64,000 bases of DNA from Bacteroidales bacterium (GCA_017544005.1 JAFYEZ010000043.1:505-64504); one strand, 5' to 3'. Counted from the first letter of the stretch, positions 17,893-28,036 are shown. Notes: generated by a model from the sequence alone, not told the origin. Program-made: numbers and translations.

Positions 17893-19221
17893 ATGAATCG
17901 TGCCGTTTATATTGAGACCTACGGATGCCAGATGAACGTGGGGGACAGCGAGGTGGTGCTCTCCATCCTGCAGAAGGCCGGCTATCACCGGACGGAAAAG
18001 ATGGAGGAGGCTGATGTGATCCTGGTCAATACCTGCTCGATCCGCGATAATGCGGAGCAGCGGGTTCTGGGCCGCCTGGAGGTCTTCCGCCACGGAAAGA
18101 AGGGACGCGGCACGGTCGTGGGCGTGCTGGGCTGCATGGCCGAGCGGCTCAAGGAAAAACTCCTGGAAAACAAGGCTGTGGACCTGGTCGCAGGCCCCGA
18201 TGCCTACCGTGATCTGCCCCGCCTGATTGACGCTGTCAGCGTGGACGGCAAGCAGATCAACACCCTCCTCTCGCATGAGGAAACCTACGCGGACATTCTG
18301 CCCGTGCGGATGGACAGCGACGGCGTCACCGCCTTCATCTCCATCATGCGCGGCTGCAACAACGTCTGTTCCTACTGCATCGTGCCCTATGTGCGCGGCG
18401 CGGAGCGGAGCCGCGATCCTCGGAGTATCCTGAACGAGGCCCGCTGCCTGATCGAAGCCGGCTACCGGGAGATCAGCCTTCTGGGACAGAATGTGGATTC
18501 CTACCGCTGGGTGAACCCGGAGGATGCCACGGACACCGTTTCCTTTGCGCAGCTGCTCGAGCGCGTGGCCCTGCTCGATGAATCTGTCCGCATCCGCTTT
18601 GCCACTTCGCACCCGAAGGATATGAAGGATGAAGTGCTCTTCACGATGGCGCGCCACGCCAACATCTGCAAGCACATCCACCTGCCCGTACAGTCGGGAA
18701 GCGACGCGCAGCTGGCGCTGATGAACCGCAAATATACGCGCGAGGGCTATCTGGAGCGGGTGGCGAAGATCCGCGAGATCCTGCCCGGCTGCGCCATCAC
18801 CACCGACGTGATCGTGGGCTTCTGCGACGAGTCGGAAGAGGATTTCCGGCAGACGGTTTCCCTGATGGAGGAGGTGAGCTACGACGGCGCCTTCATGTTC
18901 CAGTACTCCGAGCGTCCCGGCACGAAGGCTTCCCGCACGATGAAAGACAATGTTCCGCCGGAGGTCAAGACCGCCCGCCTGAACGAGATTATCGCCCTGC
19001 AGAACCGCCATTCGCTCAAGAACAACGAGGCTTATGTGGGCCGCACCGTGGAGGTTCTGATTGAAGGCACTTCGAAACGCTCGAAAGACCAGCTCTTCGG
19101 CCGGACCGATACCAACAAGACCTGCGTCTTTCCTGCTGCCGGCCACCGTCCGGGCGAAACCGTGCGGGTCAAGGTGCTCTCCTGCACCTCGGCCACGCTG
19201 ATTTCTGAAATTACGGAATAA
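17893..19221 (+). CDS. miaB: tRNA-2-methylthio-N6-dimethylallyladenosine synthase MiaB
   Basis: It has YIETYGCQMN, the radical-SAM cluster CNNVCSYCIVP, and a TRAM domain at the C-terminus. The track start at 17740 is an upstream extension. Confidence 0.92.
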   Translation: MNRAVYIETYGCQMNVGDSEVVLSILQKAGYHRTEKMEEADVILVNTCSIRDNAEQRVLGRLEVFRHGKKGRGTVVGVLGCMAERLKEKLLENKAVDLVAGPDAYRDLPRLIDAVSVDGKQINTLLSHEETYADILPVRMDSDGVTAFISIMRGCNNVCSYCIVPYVRGAERSRDPRSILNEARCLIEAGYREISLLGQNVDSYRWVNPEDATDTVSFAQLLERVALLDESVRIRFATSHPKDMKDEVLFTMARHANICKHIHLPVQSGSDAQLALMNRKYTREGYLERVAKIREILPGCAITTDVIVGFCDESEEDFRQTVSLMEEVSYDGAFMFQYSERPGTKASRTMKDNVPPEVKTARLNEIIALQNRHSLKNNEAYVGRTVEVLIEGTSKRSKDQLFGRTDTNKTCVFPAAGHRPGETVRVKVLSCTSATLISEITE

Positions 19222-19227
19222 TCCCGC

Positions 19228-20706
19228 CTAGTCGGCGAGGGTCCATTCACATCCGTCCTTGGTGTCCTTGAGCTGGATGCCCGCCTCCTTGAGTTCGTCG
19301 CGGATTTTGTCGCTCAACGCCCAGTTTTTCTGGGCTTTGGCCTCTTTGCGGATGTCGATGATCATCTCCATCAGCCCTTCGATCACGTGCGAAGCGCCGC
19401 CTTCGGACTGTTCGTCCTTCAGGCCGAGGATTTCGGTGACCACCTCGCGGAAGAGCTTCTGCAGGCGGGCCAGGTCCTCCGCATTGACGGCGAGGGTCTT
19501 GTCTTTGATGCCGTTGACCAGTTTCACCGCCTCGAAGAGGGTGGAGAGGGCATTCGGTGTGTTAAGGTCATCGCAAAGCGCCTCGTACACCGCCTCTTCA
19601 ATCCGGGCAATCTCCGGAAGTGCCGGAGCGCCTGCCGCAGCGGAGAGTTTCTCCACGTCGGCGCGCGCCTGCATCAGCCGGCGGAGCCCCTTTTCTGCTG
19701 CCTTGAGCGCCTCGTTGGAGAAGTCGAGCGTGCTGCGGTAGTGGGCCTGCAGGATGAAGAAACGCACCGTCATCGGACTGTAGGCCTGCTCCAGCAGCGG
19801 GTGGGTGCCGCTGAAAAGTTCGTCGAGGGTGATGAAGTTGCCCAGGCTCTTGCCCATCTTCTGTCCGTTGATGGTGATCATGTTGTTGTGCACCCAGTAG
19901 TGCACGCCACCCGTGCCGCGCGAGGCTACGTTCTGGGCCAGTTCGCATTCGTGGTGGGGGAACATCAGGTCCATGCCGCCGCCGTGGATGTCGAACTCCT
20001 CGCCGAGGTACTTCTCGCTCATGGCCGAGCACTCGAGGTGCCAGCCCGGGAATCCTTCACTCCAGGGGGAAGGCCAGTGCATGATGTGTTCGGGAGCCGC
20101 CTTTTTCCAGAGGGCGAAATCGTAGGAGTTGCGCTTTTCGTCCTGTCCGTCGAGCGTGCGGGTATTGGTCTTGATGTCGTCCAGATTCCGGCCCGAGAGC
20201 GTGCCGTAGTGATGCGTCTCGTTGTACTTGCCCGTATCAAAATAGACGCTGCCGTTGCTGATATAGGCGTAGCCGGCATCCAGGATGCGCTGCACCAGGG
20301 CAATCTGTTCGATGATGTGGCCCGAAGCGCGCGGTTCGATCGAGGGGGGCAGCACGCCCAGGGCGCGCATCGCGTCGTGGTATTTCAGGGTGTAGGTCTG
20401 GACTACCTCCATCGGCTCGAGCTCTTCCAGCCGGGCCTTTTTGGCAATCTTGTCTTCTCCCTCGTCGGCGTCATTCTCCAGGTGTCCCACGTCCGTGATG
20501 TTGCGGACATAGCGGACCTTGTAGCCCAGGTGCTGCAGCAGACGGAACAGGACATCGTAGGTGATGCCGGGGCGGGCGTGGCCCAGGTGGGCGTTGCCGT
20601 AAACCGTCGGCCCGCAGACATACATTCCCACCCGTCCTTCATGGATGGGCTTGAAGAGTTCTTTGTTGCGGGTAAGGGTATTGTAGATATAGAAGTTGCG
20701 GGGCAT
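19228..20706 (-). CDS. cysS: Cysteine--tRNA ligase
   Basis: It has HLGHARP (HIGH) and KMGKSLGN (KMSKS). Confidence 0.93.
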   Translation of the reverse strand: MPRNFYIYNTLTRNKELFKPIHEGRVGMYVCGPTVYGNAHLGHARPGITYDVLFRLLQHLGYKVRYVRNITDVGHLENDADEGEDKIAKKARLEELEPMEVVQTYTLKYHDAMRALGVLPPSIEPRASGHIIEQIALVQRILDAGYAYISNGSVYFDTGKYNETHHYGTLSGRNLDDIKTNTRTLDGQDEKRNSYDFALWKKAAPEHIMHWPSPWSEGFPGWHLECSAMSEKYLGEEFDIHGGGMDLMFPHHECELAQNVASRGTGGVHYWVHNNMITINGQKMGKSLGNFITLDELFSGTHPLLEQAYSPMTVRFFILQAHYRSTLDFSNEALKAAEKGLRRLMQARADVEKLSAAAGAPALPEIARIEEAVYEALCDDLNTPNALSTLFEAVKLVNGIKDKTLAVNAEDLARLQKLFREVVTEILGLKDEQSEGGASHVIEGLMEMIIDIRKEAKAQKNWALSDKIRDELKEAGIQLKDTKDGCEWTLAD

Positions 20707-20710
20707 GTTG

Positions 20711-21364
20711 TCAGATTTTTTTGCCGTAGGCCAGGTCGCCGGCGTCGCCGAGACCCGGAATGATGTAGGATTTGTTGGTCAGCTCTTCGTCGATGGCGCC
20801 TACCCAGAGGGTTACCCGCTTGTGCGGCAGGTTCTTGGAGAGGTAGTCGATGCCGGCGGCGGAAGCAATCGCGCAGACGATGTGCGTGTGCAGGGGTTCG
20901 CCGTTTTCGATGAGCTTGCGATAGGCCAGCACGAGTGAGGCGCCGGTGGCGAGCATCGTGTCGGCGATGATGAGCACCTTGTCTTCCGTATTGGCGGAGG
21001 TGGCGTATTCCAGTTGAATCTTGAACTTGTTCTCCTTGGAATACTTGCGGTAAGCGGCGATGAAGGCGTTTTCCGCACCGTCGAAATAGTTGAGGAGCCC
21101 CTGGTGCAGCGGCAGGCCGGCACGCAGGATGGTGCTCAGGACAATAGGCTATTCACAGAGTTGACACTCGGCAATCCCGAGGGGCGTCTCTACCTCCTTG
21201 GGCTTGTATTCCAGCGTTTTGCTGATTTCATAAGCGAAAACTTCGCCGACCCGCTCGAGGTTGCGGCGGAAACGCATGCTGTCTTTCTGGATGGTTCGGT
21301 CACGAAGTTCGGCAATGAACTTGTTCAAGACCGAGTTGCTGGTTCCGAGGTTGATTACTTTCAT
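20711..21364 (-). pseudogene. upp: Uracil phosphoribosyltransferase interrupted by one in-frame TAG (21149-21151)
   Basis: Track ORFs 21149..21364 and 20711..20977 are in the same frame. The 57 codons between them are open and encode PIVLSTILRAGLPLHQGLLNYF..., so the full 217-codon Upp is intact apart from a single amber codon. Confidence 0.85.
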
Positions 21365-21391
21365 GATGTGAACAGTTAGGGAATTCCAAAG

Positions 21392-22072
21392 TTAGCGATT
21401 TTTATCGTAAAAACTGAAATAATTGTTTCCCGCCACGACGAGGTGGTCAATCAGGTCGATATCGAAATAATGCAGCGCCTTGCGGACCTGCTCCGTCACC
21501 CGGACATCCGCCTCTCCCGGCTTGGGATTGCCCGAAGGATGATTGTGAATCAGGATGACGCCGCCGGCCTGTTTTTCCAGCGCGCGCTTGGCCAGCCGTT
21601 TGGTATCGATATGGGTGGAGGCGTCGTCGCCCTGGCTGAGGCGCTCCTTGCCCAGCAGCCGGTGGTTGGAAGAGAGGAACAGGACCCAGCACTCTTCGTG
21701 CGGCAGCCCTTTCAGCAGGGGTATCGCGATTGCGGCGGCCTGTTCGGCGCTGGTGATGGCGGGCAGCACGGTGCCCGATTCGGCGGCGATGCGCCGCCCC
21801 AGTTCGGCTGCAGCGATGACGGCGAGCGCCTTGGCCTGACCCACGCCCGGAACGGCCTGCAGCTGCTCGCAGGACAATCGGGAAAGGGTAGTCAGATTGT
21901 AGTCAGCCAGGGCGAGGAGATCCCTGGCGGTGTCCACTGCCGTCCGGGAGGCGCTTCCGCTCCGGATCAGGACGGCGATCAGTTCAGCGGCAGTGAGAGA
22001 TCCGCAACCTTGTGCGAGCAGCTTTTCCCTCGGTCTCTCCTCCGCTTGCCATTGTTTGATGGTGTAGCTCAT
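21392..22072 (-). CDS. radC: RadC-family (JAB/MPN domain) protein
   Basis: It has EERPREKLL, a helix-hairpin-helix (AELIAVLI), and the HNHPSG JAB motif. Confidence 0.88.
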   Translation of the reverse strand: MSYTIKQWQAEERPREKLLAQGCGSLTAAELIAVLIRSGSASRTAVDTARDLLALADYNLTTLSRLSCEQLQAVPGVGQAKALAVIAAAELGRRIAAESGTVLPAITSAEQAAAIAIPLLKGLPHEECWVLFLSSNHRLLGKERLSQGDDASTHIDTKRLAKRALEKQAGGVILIHNHPSGNPKPGEADVRVTEQVRKALHYFDIDLIDHLVVAGNNYFSFYDKNR

Positions 22073-22088
22073 AGGTTCGGACAGTAAA

Positions 22089-22125
22089 TAAAAAAACTTC
22101 CCGATAAAGGTCGGGAAGTTTTTTC
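22089..22125 (-). terminator. Terminator hairpin downstream of rpsT
   Basis: aaaaaa ACTTCCCGA taaagg TCGGGAAGT ttttt. Confidence 0.7.
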
Positions 22126-22150
22126 AATTTCAAAAATGAAATCGGGCTCT

Positions 22151-22405
22151 TTACTGAAGTTTGTTGACGTAAACGGCGATACCGCTCTTCAGGTTGGAAG
22201 CTTTGTTCTTGTGGATCACGTTGATTTTGGCGAGCTTGTCAATCATGGCGAATACCTTCGGCATGGATGCCTCTGCTGCTGCCTTGTCCGTGGTGTTGCG
22301 GAGTGCCTTGATGGCGTTCCGTGTAGTTCTAGCATAATATCTGTTATGCTCTCTGCGCTTTTCGCTCTGGCGGTAGCGCTTGTCTGCTGATGCGTGTTGT
22401 GCCAT
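22151..22405 (-). CDS. rpsT: 30S ribosomal protein S20
   Basis: [22 protein letters not shown]... is typical of S20; 84 aa. Confidence 0.93.
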   Translation of the reverse strand: MAQHASADKRYRQSEKRREHNRYYARTTRNAIKALRNTTDKAAAEASMPKVFAMIDKLAKINVIHKNKASNLKSGIAVYVNKLQ

Positions 22406-22426
22406 TGTTTTGATTCTTATTATTTC

Positions 22427-22501
22427 TGGTAGTGGGTAGGAGAATCGAACTCCTATTGCGAGAATGAAAATCTCGAGTACTAACCGTTATACGAACCCAC
22501 C
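22427..22501 (-). tRNA. tRNA-Glu (anticodon TTC), CCA encoded
   Basis: In the reverse complement the acceptor is GGTGGGT/ACCCACT, the anticodon stem is CGAGA/TCTCG with loop TTTTCAT, and the T arm is AGGAGTTCGATTCTCCT, followed by CCA. Confidence 0.85.
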
Positions 22502-22532
22502 AAAAACCCTGCTCCTCGCGAATTAGGGAGTG

Positions 22533-22540
22533 CAAAGGTA
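22533..22540 (-). promoter_or_regulatory. -7 box TACCTTTG for tRNA-Glu / rpsT
   Basis: The reverse complement of caaaggta, 32 nt upstream of the tRNA 5' end. Confidence 0.5.
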
Positions 22541-22584
22541 TAAAATCTTCTCTACAATACAAATTTTTTGTAAAATGTGGCTGT

Positions 22585-23565
22585 TTATTCCTTCCAGGTA
22601 AAGGAAGAAACGATGCCGTCCATCTGACGCAAGTAGTTGCGTTTCTTGTGTTTGGCGGCATAAACAAATCCTTCGGTCACAATCACGCGGCTGCCGTCGC
22701 GGCTCAGGAATGCGTGCGAGATGAACGGACCGCCCATGAAATCGCCCTGGGTGTCCCAGAGACTGCGGATCTCCCGCCGGCTGATGCCGCCGTAGGTGAC
22801 CATCCGGTAGCCCGGGATGATGTTGGGATTGGCAATCATGTAGCTGCCCTCAGCCTGCGCGGGCACCTGCTTGCGGGTGATCTCGTCACGCTTGGCCAGC
22901 AGGGCGGTGGGGGTGAACTGGTAGTTGCCGGTGTACGGATAGCTGTAGATCAGCACGCCCTGGATGGTGGTGGCCGTCTCGTAGGAGATCCAGATGAAAT
23001 CCTCCGCCTGCTTCTTGATGGTGTAGCCCTGCGGGAAGCTGGGCGAACCGCCGAAGAGGTCCTCGACTACCATCCGGACGCCCTTGTCCTCGTAGAGGCG
23101 GGCGCCAGCGATATTGCGGTCGCGCTCGGCCTTTTCAAAGGTCTCGACGACCGATTCGCGGTTGGTGCGGATGAATTCCGCCGCTGCGATCTCATCCGGT
23201 GCGCTGACAAGCAGCATGGTCTGCGGAGCAGCCCAGACATCGTGCCGTACGGACATCTGGCAGGCACACGTGTCGGCGATCTTGACATAGAGCATGTTGC
23301 GATGCGTGCGCAGGAGTTGGTTGACGCCCGATTCAGGCACGTTCATCAGGGTGAACATCGCCTCTTTCTGAGGCAGATAGGGGTAGGCGTCCGCCAGGAC
23401 GTCACGGATAGCGCTTCCCGCTTCGCCCTCCCACTGGGCTTTGGGAATGACCACGATCACTTCACCCGCCGCGCCGCTGATGGCCGGCTTGGTGCTTTCT
23501 TTCTTGGGCCCGCATGCGGTGGCGATCACCAGCAGGGCCATGAGGGAAACAAGTATATTTTTCAT
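22585..23565 (-). CDS. Hypothetical lipoprotein (possibly DUF4837 family)
   Basis: It has the lipobox IATAC. It is 326 aa with coding-like composition. The family name is recalled from memory and unverified. Confidence 0.6.
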   Translation of the reverse strand: MKNILVSLMALLVIATACGPKKESTKPAISGAAGEVIVVIPKAQWEGEAGSAIRDVLADAYPYLPQKEAMFTLMNVPESGVNQLLRTHRNMLYVKIADTCACQMSVRHDVWAAPQTMLLVSAPDEIAAAEFIRTNRESVVETFEKAERDRNIAGARLYEDKGVRMVVEDLFGGSPSFPQGYTIKKQAEDFIWISYETATTIQGVLIYSYPYTGNYQFTPTALLAKRDEITRKQVPAQAEGSYMIANPNIIPGYRMVTYGGISRREIRSLWDTQGDFMGGPFISHAFLSRDGSRVIVTEGFVYAAKHKKRNYLRQMDGIVSSFTWKE

Positions 23566-23577
23566 AACGCCAGGTAT

Positions 23578-24963
23578 TTATCGGAACAGGCTGCGGATGT
23601 CGTTGCCGAAGGCCAGTACCATCAGGGCCAGCAGCAGCACGATACCCACGGTTTCGGCCACCTCGAGGAATTTGTCGCTCGGCCGGCGGCCGGTGAGCAT
23701 TTCAACAATCAGGAAGAGGATGTGACCGCCGTCGAGTGCCGGAATCGGCAGGAGGTTCATCACGCCCAACATGATGGAGATCAGAGCCGTGATAGTCCAG
23801 AAGCTGAACCAGTTCCACGTGCCCGGGAAGATGCGGCCAATGGCGATGAAACTGCCCACGGACTGGTAAGCCTTGGTCTTGGGCGAGAAGATCAGCCCGA
23901 GCTGCTTGACGTAGCCGACAATCTCTTTCCAGAGTTTGGCGGCACCGGCGGGGATGGCCGTAAAGAAGTTGTATTTCTTGACGGTGAGCGTGAAGAAGTG
24001 GCTCAGGTCGGCATCGAGCATTACGCCGGCCATGCCGAGTGAATCGAGCTGCAGCGACGCATTCCGGCGTACGCCCTCCTTCTCGAGCGTCACGGCGAGG
24101 GTTTCGCCGGGATGGCGGGCAAAGGCGCTGCGAATCTGCTGGACCAGCGTCATTTCGTCTCCCTCCACCGCGACGATGGCGTCCCCTTTTTCAAGCACGT
24201 CCCGGTTGGGGGAATCCGCCGTCACTTCCTGGACGACGAACGGAAAGCCGATCTCGAACATCCCCTTGCTCTTGAGCGAAGCGGGCAGGTAGGAGGGATC
24301 GATGGAAACCAGCACGGTATCGGCGCCGCGCAGGACGGTGGCCTCGCGGGCCTTGTTGATCACCATGTCGGCCTGCAGGGCCGCCACATTTTCAACGGGC
24401 CGCCCGTCAAAGGCCAGGATGCGGTCGCCGTCGCGGAAGCCGATTTCCCGGGCCAGGTCGTTCACCGCCACGCCGTAGGTGGCGTCTTCGCTGCGCAGGT
24501 AGCTCTCACCCCAGGTATCCAGGATGGCTGCATATAGACCGAAAGCGAGAATGAAGTTGAAGAGCACGCCGCCGAACATGATGAAAAACCGCTGCCAAGC
24601 CTTCTTGGTGCGGAATTCCCAGGGTTGCGGCGTAGCGGGCAGGTCGCCGGCCTTGGTGGTCTCGTCCACCATGCCTGCAATCGCGCAGTAGCCGCCGAAG
24701 GGGACCCAGCCGATGCCAAATTCCGTACTTTCGGGATGCTCCTTCCATTCTTCCGGCGTATCGTTTCCGGAGAAGAAGCGCCAGTGGAACTTGCCGCCGA
24801 AGCGCTTGACCTTCACCAGGGAGAATTTCGGGTTGAAAAAGAGATAGAACTTTTCGACGCGCGTCTTGAAGATCCGGGCAAAGGTGAAGTGCCCGAACTC
24901 GTGCACTACCACCAGCAGCGAGAGCGCGAGAATGACCTGAATGATCTTGAGAAATACTTCCAT
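23578..24963 (-). CDS. rseP: RIP metalloprotease RseP (site-2 protease, M50)
   Basis: HEFGHF lies in the first TM helix. It has a PDZ-like central region and a C-terminal LPIPALDGG motif. Confidence 0.9.
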   Translation of the reverse strand: MEVFLKIIQVILALSLLVVVHEFGHFTFARIFKTRVEKFYLFFNPKFSLVKVKRFGGKFHWRFFSGNDTPEEWKEHPESTEFGIGWVPFGGYCAIAGMVDETTKAGDLPATPQPWEFRTKKAWQRFFIMFGGVLFNFILAFGLYAAILDTWGESYLRSEDATYGVAVNDLAREIGFRDGDRILAFDGRPVENVAALQADMVINKAREATVLRGADTVLVSIDPSYLPASLKSKGMFEIGFPFVVQEVTADSPNRDVLEKGDAIVAVEGDEMTLVQQIRSAFARHPGETLAVTLEKEGVRRNASLQLDSLGMAGVMLDADLSHFFTLTVKKYNFFTAIPAGAAKLWKEIVGYVKQLGLIFSPKTKAYQSVGSFIAIGRIFPGTWNWFSFWTITALISIMLGVMNLLPIPALDGGHILFLIVEMLTGRRPSDKFLEVAETVGIVLLLALMVLAFGNDIRSLFR

Positions 24964-26141
24964 TATTCTATGTGCCTCAGCGCAATCCGCTCGGAGGCAA
25001 TCCGTCTGGATTCAAAATTCGTGCTATAAATGTCGTCGAGCTCGGGATTCGCCACGAAACTTGCGCGCGCGAGGGTCTCATCGATAATTTCCGGAATCTG
25101 CGTGAAGGGCAGATTGCCTGCCAGAAAGGCCGCCACAGCCTCTTCATTCGCCGCATTCATGATGCAGGGCGCGTTGCCGCCCTGGCGGATGCACCGGCGC
25201 GCAATCTCCAGACAGGGGAAGCGCTGCAGGTCCGGCTCCTCGAAGGTGAGGCAGCCCAGCTTGATCAGATCGAGCCGCTCCATGGCCAGTGGCACCCGGT
25301 AGGGGTAGGAGAGGGCGTACTGGATGGGCAGGCGCATGTCCGGGTTGCTCAGCTGAGCCATCACGCAGCCGTCGCTGAATCGCACCATCGAGTGGATGAC
25401 GGACTGCGGATGGATGACCACCTCGATATCGTCCGGCGCCATGTCGAAGAGCCAGCGGGCCTCGATCAGCTCCAGTCCCTTGTTCATCAGGCTCGCCGAA
25501 TCGACGGTAACCTTGGCCCCCATCTTCCACCGCGGGTGGTTGAGGGCTGCCTCGCGGGTGATGTGGGCCATCTCGGCGGCGGGCATCGTGCGGAACGGGC
25601 CGCCCGAGCCGGTCAGGATGAGTTTCGACGGTTTGACGCGTTCACCCTGCAGGCACTGGAAGATGGCGGAATGTTCGGAATCCACCGGGATGACCGGGGC
25701 CTGGTGCTCCACCGAGAGCGGCATCACGATACTGCCTGCCGCCACCAGCGTCTCCTTGTTGGCCAGGGCCACCGCCTTGCCTGCCTTGAGGGCGGCGAGC
25801 GTAGGTTTGAGCCCGCTGAATCCCACCATCGCGGCGAGTACCATATCGATCCGGTCGCTGTCCATCAGGTCGCACACCGACTCGATGCCGGCAAAGACCT
25901 TGATCATCCTGGGCTGCAGGGCTTCCGCCACCCGGTCATAGAGATCCGGATTGCAGATGACCACCTGGTTCGGGTTGAACTGCAGAGCCTGCCTGATCAG
26001 CAGGTCCGCATTGTTGTTTGCCGTGAGCAGTTCCACCTCAAAGAGGTCCGGATGCTGCGCGATGACGTCGAGCGCCTGTGTGCCGATACTGCCGGTCGAG
26101 CCGAGAATGGCGATGCGCCTGCGGGATTGCGGTTCGCTCAT
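24963..26141 (-). CDS. dxr: 1-deoxy-D-xylulose-5-phosphate reductoisomerase
   Basis: It has RIAILGSTGSIGTQALDV and PVDSEHSAIFQ. Its stop overlaps the rseP start by one nucleotide (TAATG). Confidence 0.93.
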   Translation of the reverse strand: MSEPQSRRRIAILGSTGSIGTQALDVIAQHPDLFEVELLTANNNADLLIRQALQFNPNQVVICNPDLYDRVAEALQPRMIKVFAGIESVCDLMDSDRIDMVLAAMVGFSGLKPTLAALKAGKAVALANKETLVAAGSIVMPLSVEHQAPVIPVDSEHSAIFQCLQGERVKPSKLILTGSGGPFRTMPAAEMAHITREAALNHPRWKMGAKVTVDSASLMNKGLELIEARWLFDMAPDDIEVVIHPQSVIHSMVRFSDGCVMAQLSNPDMRLPIQYALSYPYRVPLAMERLDLIKLGCLTFEEPDLQRFPCLEIARRCIRQGGNAPCIMNAANEEAVAAFLAGNLPFTQIPEIIDETLARASFVANPELDDIYSTNFESRRIASERIALRHIE

Positions 26142-26144
26142 GAC

Positions 26145-27014
26145 TCAGAATTTGATATAGAGCGTGGGATCGATGGGCGTTCCCTTGTGCCAGAGTTCGA
26201 AGTGGAGATGGCTGCCGGTGCTGAGCGTTCCGGTGTTGCCCACCAGCGCGACGGGTGTGCCGGCATTGACCTTGTCGCCCACCTTCTTGAGCAGCTTCTC
26301 GTTGTGCTTGTAGATGGAGATGATATCGTTGTCGTGCTGGATTTCAATGACATAGCCCAGCTCGTCGTTCCACAGTGCGGAGATTACCGTGCCGCCCAGC
26401 ACGGAATAGACCATCGTGCCGGTCTCCGCCGCGATATCTACAAAGGGGTGCCCGGCGGCGCGGTCGTAAGGCTCGGTAATGATGCCCTTGACCGGCGTGA
26501 AGAAGTGGAGCCCTTCAATCTGCGAAATGATGGAATTGTCCGAAAGGGAGATGTTGAACTGCTCCTGCCGGCGCACCTCCTCCCGCAGGAGGGAGTCGTT
26601 ATCGGCGTAAAGGCCGCGGATATTCTCGTCTGTGGCAGTATTCTCCTGCGCCACGGCGAGGGAATCGATCGGAATCGGGCTCTGGCCGCTGACAATGCGC
26701 TGGATATTGGTCATCTGGTAGGACCACATCCCGATCACATTCTCCAGGGAGTCAATCTTGATGAGGTTTTCCATGGCCAGGCGACGGGTTTCGTTGGAGG
26801 GGTAACCCGGGATGGTCCGGCGCAGCGGCGTGAGGGCTGTCAGCAGGTAGGTGCCGATGATGAGGGCCAGGGCGGCGGCGCTCACGAGCAGCCAGAAATT
26901 GGCTTTCGTGGTCTTGAAATGGAAGAGTTCCTCGTGCGTGGCGTCATCGCCCACCGTTACCCTCAGGCGGCGCGGAGCCATGCTTTCTTTTACTCTTTTT
27001 GTTCGTTGAGCCAT
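26145..27014 (-). CDS. M23-family peptidase (LytM-type) with an N-terminal TM anchor
   Basis: It has HPFVDIA...GNTG..STGSHLHFELW. Confidence 0.85.
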   Translation of the reverse strand: MAQRTKRVKESMAPRRLRVTVGDDATHEELFHFKTTKANFWLLVSAAALALIIGTYLLTALTPLRRTIPGYPSNETRRLAMENLIKIDSLENVIGMWSYQMTNIQRIVSGQSPIPIDSLAVAQENTATDENIRGLYADNDSLLREEVRRQEQFNISLSDNSIISQIEGLHFFTPVKGIITEPYDRAAGHPFVDIAAETGTMVYSVLGGTVISALWNDELGYVIEIQHDNDIISIYKHNEKLLKKVGDKVNAGTPVALVGNTGTLSTGSHLHFELWHKGTPIDPTLYIKF

Positions 27015-27023
27015 TTAAAATCC

Positions 27024-27031
27024 TACCTTTG
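27024..27031 (+). promoter_or_regulatory. -7 box TACCTTTG for ruvX-def
   Basis: It lies 8 nt upstream of the ATG at 27039, giving a near-leaderless mRNA. Confidence 0.5.
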
Positions 27032-27038
27032 CAAATAT

Positions 27039-27476
27039 ATGGACAGAATTGTGGGAATCGACTACGGGCGCAAACGCGTCGGGGTGGCGGTGAGCGACCC
27101 GCTGCGGATGTTTGCCTCCGCATTGGAGACGGTTCCAAGCGCAAAGATAATAGAATATCTCCAAAATTATGCCGCTTCCCAGCCGATCGAGCGGTTCGTC
27201 GTGGGCTACCCGATGAACCTGAACGGCAAACCCTCCGAGGCGGCCAAAGATGTGGATGCTTTCCTGAATCTGCTGCGCAAGAAGTTTCCCGCAATTCCCG
27301 TGACGCTCGAGGATGAACGCTTCACTTCCGTGCTGGCCCACAGGGCGATGATCGACGGCGGACTCCGCAAGATGGACCGCCGTGACAAGGCGGCCGTGGA
27401 CAAGGTCAGCGCCGCCCTCATCCTGCAGACCTGGCTCGACCGTCCCGTCCCCACTGAAACACAAGAAAACAAATGA
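27039..27476 (+). CDS. ruvX: Holliday junction resolvase-like protein RuvX/YqgF
   Basis: It begins MDRIVGIDYGRKRVGVAVSD and contains DERFTS. It is the genuine 3' part of the 834-aa track ORF. Confidence 0.88.
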   Translation: MDRIVGIDYGRKRVGVAVSDPLRMFASALETVPSAKIIEYLQNYAASQPIERFVVGYPMNLNGKPSEAAKDVDAFLNLLRKKFPAIPVTLEDERFTSVLAHRAMIDGGLRKMDRRDKAAVDKVSAALILQTWLDRPVPTETQENK

Positions 27477-28030
27477 TACACCCGATTTACCTCTACGGTT
27501 CGCACGTCCTGCGGGAAAAGGCCGCTCCGGCCGACCTCTCACGGAAGGAGGAACTCAAGAAACTGCTCGACGACATGGTCGAGACGATGCACAACGCCGA
27601 CGGCTGCGGCCTGGCCGCACCCCAGATCGGCATTTCCGAACGCCTGCTGGTGGTGGACGGCAACGACCTTTCCGACCGCTATCCCGCCCTCAAGGGCTTT
27701 CACCGCGAGATGGTCAATCCCGAGGTGACCTTCGAGAGCGAGGAGACCTCCGAATACAACGAGGGCTGCCTCAGCCTTCCAGGTCTGGATGCCGACATCG
27801 TCCGCCCCAAACGGATCAAGGTCCGCTATTATGACGCCGATCTCGTGGAGAAGGAGGAGGAGTTCGATGAATTCGCCGCCCGGATGCTCCAGCACGAACT
27901 GGACCACCTGGACGGCATCGTCTTCACCGACCGCGCACGGCCCATCCGCAAGAAAATGCTGGCCGGCAAGCTGAGCAACATCGCCAAGGGCATCGCCCGG
28001 ACCTCCTATCGGGTCAAACTGGATAAATAA
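27473..28030 (+). CDS. def: Peptide deformylase
   Basis: It has GLAAPQIG, EGCLSLPG and HELDHLDG. Its start overlaps ruvX in an ATGA. Confidence 0.93.
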   Translation: MIHPIYLYGSHVLREKAAPADLSRKEELKKLLDDMVETMHNADGCGLAAPQIGISERLLVVDGNDLSDRYPALKGFHREMVNPEVTFESEETSEYNEGCLSLPGLDADIVRPKRIKVRYYDADLVEKEEEFDEFAARMLQHELDHLDGIVFTDRARPIRKKMLAGKLSNIAKGIARTSYRVKLDK

Positions 28031-28036
28031 CGCATT

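Noticed and set aside
21149-21151. The idea that the in-frame TAG in upp reflects stop-codon reassignment or programmed read-through.
   Set aside because: TAG terminates sdaA (8070-8072), ssb (15414-15416), rpoN (15413-15415) and the S41 peptidase (54432-54434) at positions matching normal protein ends. A nonsense mutation or sequencing error is more parsimonious.
24972-27038. The upstream 2 kb of the 834-aa plus-strand ORF.
   Set aside because: It is antisense to dxr and the M23 peptidase, both of which have clear motifs. Only the last 145 codons (ruvX, from the ATG at 27039 behind a -7 box) look like a real protein.
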